Source of the DNA: Octopus bimaculoides
Taxonomy: Eukaryota
Assembly: GCF_001194135.2 (NCBI RefSeq)
Contig: NC_068997.1
Span: 46,320,520 to 46,384,519 of the forward strand
DNA length: 64,000 nucleotides
Direction: 5' to 3'
The translations under genes were made by a program, and so were the position numbers. Positions 22,701 to 31,860 of this stretch are shown here, in pieces (position 1 is the first letter of the stretch; each line of letters begins with the position of its first letter). The notes below the pieces were generated by a model. It saw only the letters and a program-made list of their open reading frames with translations. It did not search any database and was not told the origin of the DNA.

Positions 22701-24607
22701 AAATTAGAAAGAGGAAGGACACGAAAAATAGACCCCCCCCCCCACCGAAGAACCTGAACGAGAAGGAAATAAATAGCATATAAGCACTTACACAGTCTAC
22801 CACCTTGCTGCAAACACCCAAGAAAACCACAGCCATACACTAACAGACACACAAGCATCAAAGATCAGTCGTAAAAATACGGCGTATCTGATGAATTATG
22901 TGACAAGAATGGCCATTGAATAAAAAAACAAAAAAACCTGCAAAAATCAAGTCAATACTCCAGGCCAGACCTATTCAAGCTAACCTTTCCATTAGACATA
23001 TTCCATTCATGACTGTCGCATGTTTTCACACTAATTCTTAAACAACTAATAATATCAAATGTCTTTCTATATATATATAGGTAATCTTCAAGTTTAGGGG
23101 GATAAAAAAATAAATAAAAATATTCAAGGGAAGTAACTGAACGTCTTACCAGTATTCTCCGTACATGTTTATAAATAAATCACACACGTGATTTGATTGA
23201 CGTTAGGGTTAGGATCAGGGTGTGATTTATTTATAAACAGCTAGAAGAAAACGGATAATACTGGTAAGTCATTCAGTTATTTCCCTTGAATATTTTTATT
23301 TATTCCCCTAAACTTGAAGATTACCATATATATATATATATATATGGTATTAAAGATTTGTTCAAATATGTAATTTGGTTGCTATTTTTAGCAGATGAAG
23401 AGACCATGTAAAGTAGTGGTTCTTAACCAGGGTCCATAAGTCTCCTGAAGATCCATATAAGATTTTATGGGGTCGATGCTATAAAATAATAAATTGGGGA
23501 TACACAATATTTTAAGGTCGCCTGACAAAAATTTCCTTTAGATGGTAAGTATTGCAAAAAACACCTAGGTTTCTTATTCTACGAGTGAATGTGTGAAAAA
23601 CAAAACAAGAATTTTGAAAGAAGTTTCAATAAAACTAGTTTTTAAACATCAAATGGCAATGGGGAGCGATCTTTCGATACTAGTCCACCGCAACTTCCGG
23701 TCGTTGCGCGCACGCATACTGATTACATGATCGTATAGTGTGTTTATGTGTTTAAAGTTTCAGTTCGGATGGCACCTTACTCGCACCTTGGCCACACGCT
23801 TGCCGCAGTACGAAGGCAAGAGCACCCATTCCTCTGTCCTTATTGCTTCCTCCTCCGTGTGTTTTACGTCCCCGTAACTTAGCGGTTTCGCAAAAGAGAC
23901 TTATAGAATAAGTACTAAACTTAAAAAGAATATGTCCTGGGAGTCAATTTGTTTGACTAAAACCTTTCAAGGCGGTGCCCCAGCATGGCCGCAGTCAGAC
24001 GACTGAAACAAGTAAAAGATAAAAAGAGACGTGTAAGCATGTCGGTGTTTGTTCAGCTCCCCCACCGCACTCACTACAACCGGTGCTATTTTGTTTACGT
24101 CCCTGTAATTTAGTGGTTTTGCAAAACCGAAAGAAAAGTACGAAATATACAAAACATAAATACTTGGGTTGATTCAAGAGAAGACCGAAGCTTGGTCGAA
24201 GTCCAGAAGACGAAGTAAAAAATTAAAGAAATATATGTATTTTTTCACGTTACATAAAGGTTCTATTTTTGAATACTTTCATATCATTATTAGTTTACGG
24301 TCATTTACGTTTTATCTTTACATTTTAATTTTTCCGTATTGTTGCATCGTAAAACAAGGTTTAACCACATTTTTTCACATCAGCAACACAATTGTTTACA
24401 CCTATGAATAAATAAATAAATAAATGTCAAATTGATTTATATAGAATTACTATTTCAATCACTCCATTTTTTGCCAAAAAGAATGGGCAGAGTTAAAATA
24501 CCTGTAAGTGGAGAAGATAACAACCAAAAAAATTGTTTTTACCTTTGTCTGTCCAAAGCATTCCATAAGTTCTGAGAAATATAAAGCTTTTCTTTCATGT
24601 CTCCCAT
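19777..24607 (-). CDS. Candidate unrecognised small gene; complement join(24607-24543,20258-20171,19848-19777), 74 aa MGDMKEKLYISQNLWNALDRQSLEEKDSMHLLATDVDYLLSISYFSVRCFQLWPEGVDIIGRYPAIIGCFDHEL
   Basis: Phase-compatible splice sites (AG|gtaaaa; tttcag; CAG|gcgagc GC donor; polypyrimidine-tatgtag). AATAAA at 19615-19610 is followed by a GT-rich tract. No family recognised. Confidence 0.35.
21030..21373 (+). mobile_element. Full-length family I tRNA-derived SINE
   Basis: A box TGGCTGTGTGG, B box GGGTTCA(G/T)TCCC, central domain, AAAAGAG-type tail; near-identical copies elsewhere in the window. Confidence 0.85.
22198..22900 (+). mobile_element. Degenerate retrotransposon ORF1/gag-like fragment with CCHC zinc knuckle, interrupted by a MITE
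   Basis: CYHCKKRGHKAK followed by a frameshifted Cys; the frame continues once the MITE and one TSD copy are removed. Confidence 0.55.
22398..22642. mobile_element. Palindromic MITE (245 bp) with GGTAATCTTCAAGTTTAGGGGGATAAAA TIRs and 8-bp TSD GAGGAAAA; Merlin-like
   Basis: Long TIRs; exact TSD at 22390-22397 and 22643-22650. Confidence 0.85.
23080..23325. mobile_element. Second, inverted copy of the same MITE inserted in (TA)n
   Basis: Same TIRs; internal asymmetric segment is reverse-complemented. Confidence 0.85.
23665..23820. promoter_or_regulatory. CpG-dense promoter-like element with ETS (ACTTCCGGT) and NRF1-like (TGCGCGCACGCA) motifs
   Basis: About 14 CpG in about 150 bp; ACTTCCGG at 23693-23700 and TGCGCGCA at 23705-23712. 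Confidence 0.45.
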
Positions 24608-24929
24608 GCTACTTTGGTGGTTGAAAAAAAGAGGGGCAATGTGTGTCGTATATAATCCATGGACGGTAGGGAAATGTGCTCTCAATATCACATGTAAGAT
24701 ACACAGGACGAGTGAAGGGTTAACCGAAATTACGCTCGCAGTAATGAGAAAAATTATTAGCTTAATTGATTCATTCTGCTCAAGAAAGGGTGACAACTCC
24801 GAAATAAAATTTTAAAAAAATGAAAGAGGAGCGGGGTGAGTAGTGATGGAAAACGATGTTGGCAAGTATGCTAATTAAAATATAATAATGAAATTATTGT
24901 ATTCAGTGCTCAGGTGCAGGATATGTTTC

Positions 24930-25065
24930 GGTATTATTGAACATCATCTAATTCACACTCCTGTTTCTTATCAATGGTGAATACAATTCCAAGATACCTC
25001 AATTTCTCCACTTCCTTTAGTGATGCAGAGTGCACTGAGAAGGCTTTCTAGGTAGGATCAATGCC
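24930..25065 (-). mobile_element. RTE-clade LINE reverse-transcriptase fragment
   Basis: SLKEVEKLRYLGIVFTIDKKQECELD resembles the RTE xVExFKYLG motif. Confidence 0.55.
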
Positions 25066-25674
25066 CCAGTCTTGTTCCCCATCCCTGCTTTGCTCTTCTA
25101 CCTACCAAAGGAAAACGAAAATTATGAATTTTAAATTCAAAAGAATGTCGCAATTTTGTTAGAAGTTCATTCAGCTTTTTGACATTTTTTTCTAAAAAAT
25201 ATATTTCCTTCCTAGTTAAAAAAATCAGATCAGCAACCAATGTTCACCTGGATTGCGATACTCTTTTAAAGCTAAAATGAACAAACAGTGGTATATAAGG
25301 AATAAATAATAAATATTCACGTATCTTCTTTTTACTAGTTTCTGTCATTTGCTTGTGGCCATGCTGGGGCACTGCCTTGAAGGGTTTTAGTTGAACAAAT
25401 CGATCCTAGGACTTGTTGCTTTTTGAAGCTTTGTACTTATTCTATCGGTCTCTTTGGCCAACCCCCTAAGTTATGGCGATGTAAATACACCACCATCGGT
25501 TGTCAAGCAGTAGTGGGGGACAAACAGACACAGAGATATACATACATAGATATGTACATATAAAACTATCTATCTATCTATATATAGTTCAATCCATGCC
25601 AGCAAGGAATACAGGTATTAAGTGATGATGATAATATAATCTACTTACATTACCTATACAGCATCAATCTGTCA

Positions 25675-25705
<31 letters not shown>

Positions 25706-25817
25706 ATAATATATATATATACATCTATGTAAGTATGTACATATACGTATGTATATATGCATATATATATACTGTTTATATTATTATATGATTGAATGCC
25801 ATGCATCCTCTTCCAAG

Positions 25818-25852
<35 letters not shown>

Positions 25853-25859
25853 ATAAAAA

Positions 25860-26325
25860 GACTGAGACCTTTTGAAATATGCTGTGATTGAGAAGACCTG
25901 GCCCAGTTAAGAGTACCCCTGATGTGTTGTGTGATATGAAATGCTTGAGAAGACCTGTTGAATCAAGTAAAACCAATATCGTAGCTGTGGCCAGTGTCCC
26001 CTGACTGGCTCTTGTGCTGGTGGCACGTAAAAAGCACCATCCAAACGTGGCCGATGTCAGTAACCCCTGACTGCTCCCCGTATATCTCTGTGTCTGTTTG
26101 TCCGAACGTGATTGATGCCAGGCCCACCTGACTGGCTTCTGTGCTGGTGGCATGTAAAAATCACCCACTACACTCTCGGAGCGGTTGGTGTTAGGAAGAG
26201 CATCCAGCTGTAGAAACATTGCTAGATCAGATTGCAGCCTGGTGCAGCCACTGGCTCTCCAGACCTCAGTCAAACCGTCCAAACCATGCCAGCATGGAAA
26301 ACGGACTGATAATGATGATGTACAG
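25860..26325 (+). mobile_element. RTE LINE 3' end / family IV repeat with (GAT)n tail
   Basis: GAAGRGCATCCAGCTGTAGAAA...CATGCCAGCATGGAAA...GATGATG; shared with 53654-54110. Confidence 0.75.
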
Positions 26326-26383
26326 AGAAACAAGCGTGCGTGCACGCGAATCAAACCTCACATTGGGTCAAGACCTTAATGTA

Positions 26384-26910
26384 CAGAGTGGCACATGAAA
26401 AAGTAGCCTAGTTCCGTAGTGTTGTATAAATACAGAAATAAATTTGTTTGCTCGTCATCCACTTTTAATTGTGCGTTTGCTAAACGATATGACTTCAACT
26501 TTAGACTTTCAACAACTATTGGCATAACCTCCAGCTTATGTGAGACTGCTGTGAATGTCCTGAATAACTTCTGGTGTTTGAACTGAAGGGTCTCTTTATT
26601 TTGGAGCCATGTGCACTGGCTTCATAGCACGCCGTTCCTTAACCAGCATTTGAATTTCATGCATTGGCTTAAGAGAGCCTGCTCTTACATACACTTCCAC
26701 AATTTCCACTCTTCCTTCTATTGAGTACATCATCTTGCAGTAAAAGGCTAGAGATGTTCACTCAATGCAATCTTATAATCAACCAATGTGGCAAGGATAA
26801 TGTAGTAAGCAACTAATGCACCATCTTTGCTCAACAGTTACAAGCAGTCAAAACAACAGAATGACACTTGCAAATGAAAGGATGGTACTTTTTTCATGTG
26901 GGTAAATTTA
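26384..26910 (-). mobile_element. Degenerate internally deleted Tc1/mariner element
   Basis: TIR core CACATGAAAAAGTA at both ends after TA; minus-strand MYSIEGRVEIVEVYVRAGSLK...IQMLVKE...PSVQTPEVIQDI resembles a mariner N-terminal HTH. Confidence 0.6.
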
Positions 26911-27111
26911 TTGGCTTATCTTCTTGTTTTTTGTTGCCACATCAGTCTATGCTGATTCACTTCATTAAAATTTGCAGTAGTAGACCAGTTTCTGTATGTT
27001 TTGCAGGTTAAGCCTCAAATATGTTTTATTACTTTTGGTGGGTTAGATGTGATCAGTGCCAATGTTAGAAAACCCATAAGGTATTTATATATATATATCT
27101 TCTTTTTTTTT

Positions 27112-27293
27112 TTACTTGTTTCAGTCATTTGACTGCAGCCATGCTAGAGCACCGCCTTTAGTCGAGCAAATCGACCCCAGGACTTATTCTTTATAAGCCT
27201 AGTACTTATTCTATCCGTCTCTTTTGCTGAACCACTAAGTTACGGGGACGTAAACACACTAGCATTGGTTCTCAAGCGATGTTGGAGGGACAA

Positions 27294-27328
<35 letters not shown>

Positions 27329-27503
27329 CACATACATATATACGACAGGCTTCTTTCAATTTCTGTCTACCAAATCCACTCACAAGGCTTTGGTCGGCCC
27401 GAGGCTATAGTAGAAGACACTTGCCCAAAGTGTCATGCAGTGGGACTGAACCCGGAACCATGTGGTTGGTAAGCAAGCTACTTACCACACACCCACTCCT
27501 GCA
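27112..27503 (-). mobile_element. Full-length family I SINE
   Basis: Reverse complement of the consensus. Confidence 0.85.
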
Positions 27504-27504
27504 C

Positions 27505-27539
<35 letters not shown>

Positions 27540-27566
27540 CATACATACACCTTAAGATGAGGATGA

Positions 27567-27604
<38 letters not shown>

Positions 27605-27609
27605 GGCTC

Positions 27610-27900
27610 TTTACATCTTGATAGATGGTCTAAGCAGTGGACAATGTTTTAATTAGGTACTTGTAGTCTTCGTCCTGCAGCTTCTGTCATGGCTGATCCT
27701 TCCTATGTTTGATGAGCAAGTTCTGCTGCAAAATCTGAAAGCTAGGAAGGTGCTGCAGAGCTGCAGTGTGTTGTCTTTCTTTCTTTGGGGATTTGTTTCA
27801 AGGGACAGGATACTTTCTTCCTTCAGCTGTTTGACCCCTTTGCTCGCTGAGGTTTTCCAGGCTGTTCTGCCTTCAGTTAACTTTTCCCAAGTGATTGCAT
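27610..27900 (-). mobile_element. RTE (BovB-like) LINE ORF2 C-terminal fragment
   Basis: WEKLTEGRTAWKTSASKG...FCSRTCSSNIGRISHDRSC resembles the RTE C-terminal zinc motif. Confidence 0.65.
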
Positions 27901-30142
27901 AACCTTTTTACCTAAATAACTAACAACAACAGCAGCAACAACAACAATAATTACAAGGTAAAGATGTTATGTCAGTCTTTATGTACAATCAATAAAAGAT
28001 TTAGATTTAAAAAAAAAAGAGAATTTAAAATAAACAACATAAAATCAAAAATAAATGTTTGTGTAAACAGCAGCATGTGAAGAAGAAGAAGAAGAAGAAG
28101 AAGAAGAAGAAGAAAGAGAAGGTGGCTAGTTGTTGTAATTGTAGTAGTTGTAGTAGTTTTGTCACAAACATGGCGACGTCTGTGTTTGAGTAGGAAACAC
28201 TAACACATCTTCACTTTTATACAACATCACATGGCATTGCTGCTGTAAAGCAACCAAATTCTTGTCTTTCTTAGAAATCTGTCACTCCATGTACTTACTT
28301 ATCTTACCAGAAAAAACTCGAGCTAATGAAGGGACCCAGGGAAAAATTCTATGCAGTTACTCGCCCCACTAGAAGACGGCAGCCAAAACTCCTTCGACTT
28401 CAAATCCCACCCAACTGTCTTTAAAAGAAAGAAAAAAAAAAACAAAAACAAAGACTGAAAGGATACATCAATAAATGTAGTCCTAGATATACTACATCTG
28501 AAAAGAAGAGGTGGGATGGTCATGGCTGGAACAGTTTTAGATCAGGTCTGGCCTGGAGCTAAACAACAACTGTCATAAACTGTTGAAGATTATTGTAAGG
28601 TGACTATTTGCATGTTTTGTCCTCTTCAGAGCTATTACCATGTTTATGACTGGTTCTTCTCATCATACTGATTTAAAGACAGTTGTGAATGTGTAGTGCT
28701 GTTGATGTGGTAGCAGCAGATTTGCTTGGGTTGGGAGTGGTGGTAGTAGTAGTAGTAGTAGTAGTGGTGGTAATACTATTAGTAGTGAGGAGATGTAGAG
28801 GTTTAGGGTTGTGGCGTTTGAGTAGTTGGCGACTTTGTGGTGCTAGGAAATCTGTGGATGGTGACCCCACAGTCTTTTCAGTGGCAACTTGTAAAACTGG
28901 TGGATGGCAATGAATATAGTTATGGACAAACAACAACTGGCAGGGCATGAAAGCCCTCCGAGAGATCTATGGACAGCAATGGACCATCAAGTAGCCATCA
29001 ACTTGTAGAGGTAAGAAGAAATCCATCACCGGATCTAATGGCTTCAGACATCAGTTTGAGTTGTTAGGAAAAGTTGATCTAGGGGTTTTGTAAGGGTTTG
29101 ATTTGCTGCTTTGAAGGAGACTGGTAGTCTGATAAAATAATTCTTAGAAGTTAAAAAGAAAGGTACATGAAACAGTGACCCTGACGCACACACACACAAA
29201 TACATATACAAATGCATATACACAGACACATATCTCACATTAGGTATCACTAAATTCGGCTGGAATTGAGCGCCCTTTAAATGCAGAGTCATAGCCTGAA
29301 CACCATTTTTATCAACTTGACCATGTGTTCTGCTTTAGATCTCATCGGTGGACAAACAAGGTAAGAAAATTAGCCTCCAAAAGAACATTTTCCTCAGAAA
29401 CCAAACACTTTCACCATAGACCCTTTTTACTCAAAACTCACACAACCCTATGTCTTTCTGTAATTAATTTCAACCCCAAGGTTCTAGGTTTGTTTAAACA
29501 GATCTGTTGTAGCAATCGAAAGGATCAGTTTTATCAACTGCACGAAATAAGCTAATCTTTCAACTCCTCAATCAAACATCTCACAAACAGGCTGCTTCAT
29601 ATCTGGTGTTGGCTTCACCCACTCACTCCTGGGTCTGTAATACTGTACAGATTGGAAAGGTATGTTTGTATATGTGGATGTGTTTGTGTGCATATGCTGC
29701 TATGCAGGTATGCACATATATACATACTCACACACAAATAATATAAATGCATATTATATATATATATGTGTGTCTAAGACTGAATGTTTGTGAACCACTG
29801 AGAAATTGTTAGAGATTTTTTCAGGCAAAGAGGAACCATGACAAAAGATTAGGGTGGCAGCTGGATGGGAGGGATGCAATGAAGGGTGGGGGAATGTAGG
29901 ATAAAACGAGGAAATGAAAGAGATTTAAAAAAAAAAAAAATCGCTGATTAGTTTGATGAAGCCAAAATAAAAATAAAGAAAACGAAACGAAAATTGACAA
30001 TAATATAAAGTTTGGTATAGTTAAATCTTTGGCAGGATCTTTGAGAAGAAACTGAAGGGGGCCCCCCTGATCACCCACCCACCCATCATATCAACTTATC
30101 ATCTCACGATTCCACCCGTTAAAGGAACCGAGGTAATAAGTG

Positions 30143-31860
30143 TCAGCACTGTTCTGTGTGTAAGTCATGTCTGTTTGCAGTGTTGGTGTTGGTGGTGCTT
30201 GTGTCGAATTGTTGCAAGCTGTAGCTGGAGTTGCTCAGTCGAAATCTGCTCGGTTCAGTAACAGAGTCTTCACAGCTCCGCGACATGACACGGTCATCGT
30301 ACAACGACAGTCTGTTGCGATTGATCTTTAAGGGAGTCTTAATCCGGTTGCGGATCTTTTCGCTGGGATCTGACGTGGCTTGAGTCTGATTTACAGGCAA
30401 CTGGGCCGTACTGTCAGGTGGTGGGTTGTTGTGGACTTTGAGGGGAAGGGATGTGGGCCGCTGTGACTTCATATCAGTCAGTTCATTGCAGCTGTTCACA
30501 GGGTTAGCTGTTTTGTTTAAATAAGCTGGTGGACATTTTGTGTTGCTGGGTGCATCATCTGCACTGGAATCAGATATATTTCTAACTTGTGCATCGACTG
30601 CACCAGTAGGAATATGACCATTTTGATGAATGGTTGTGGTGTTTGCCACACCCATTTCTGTTAACCCAAGTCTGTCCTGCTCTGCAGTGGTCATCACAGA
30701 TGAAGACACTGTGTTACTAACTGGGAGCACAACTGTACTGCCATTCTGAAGACATACTTCAGTTTGAACCGGTTGCTGAGGTGAAGCTATCAGGTTGATG
30801 TAACCAGACCGATCAGTTGAACGACGACTATTTTTATCTCGGCCATGCTTCCCATCAATACTCTGGCTGCTGCGAGACAGTAAGTTTTTCCCCAGTTGTG
30901 TCAACCTACTGGTGAAATCTTTAGGCTTTTTGCATTTGAAGATAGATTTTGGTGTTTTCTCATTGATGGCTAACTTACTGTAAGGTACTCCGTTGCCAGG
31001 GACATTGGCAATTTTGGGTCGTACAAGTGGACCATCGCTGTGTACTTGATTTTGTAAGTATTGGATAGGAGCATTGCGATGGTAGTTGAACGTCTCATTG
31101 TGGACTAGAGAACTTTCTACATTGTCGGGTCCACTGTCAAAAGGATCGTCATGAAACTGAGAAGTAGGTGCACTTAGAGATTGCTCCTTTTGTTCTTGTT
31201 CTCGTTTGGCGCTGGCAGAAATCAGAGTGTTTCCTGACACGGTCAGCTCTTCATCGCTTCTTTTGTGAGTGTTACGTTCGACTGTAGGGTTTCGACCCTG
31301 ATGTGGCTGAATCACAGTGTTCGTTTTGGCATGGTTAATGTTCAGATATTTCGGTGGGGGGTCTGAATCAGAGGAAGACAATAAAGCAGTGTTTGTGTGC
31401 GCTGTTGAAATGTTATCAGGGGTCAACCATGTGTTACGTGGCTGACCATTCACAAGGCTTGTGTTTGGTATTTTGGAGAAATTGTAGCCAATTTGCGTTT
31501 CGTTTTCATAGTGTGGTGGTGGATCACTCAATGGAGGACCATGGGGTGCAATGCTGTGGTAGTCTGGAGGAGGGTCAGACTGGGAAGGGCTAAGAGTCAG
31601 CATAGTTTCTGTTGTTACGGCAGACATGCTTTTCTCTTGTGGTGTCCAAGAGTTTCTTGCTTGTCCATTTAAAGTATTCTCTCCACTGCTTCCCTGGCTT
31701 ATCAAAGGGGCCATGCTGTTCTCTGTTGGCAAGGAGTTACCATTCTCGGCAGTAACACTAGACGTGGCAAGGTAGCAATTCCTCTGAACTGCAGAAATTC
31801 CTGCAGCATCTTCAGACACTGTGATGTGTGTGGAGGTAGAATTCAGAGTTGGTGTCACAC
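30143..31860 (-). CDS. BMPR2: BMPR2 long cytoplasmic tail, terminal coding exon (1718 nt)
   Basis: 571-codon Ser/Thr/Pro/Asn-rich ORF; ctctag acceptor in phase 1; [10 protein letters not shown] and RLSLYDDR motifs. Confidence 0.9.

Noticed and set aside
28186-28215. AACATGGCG (YY1/start-codon-like) motif
   Set aside because: A stop follows after 7 codons and there is no CpG-rich context
28458-28466. GTATCCTTT U12-like donor on the minus strand
   Set aside because: Lies inside a dispersed repeat copy with no coding exon upstream
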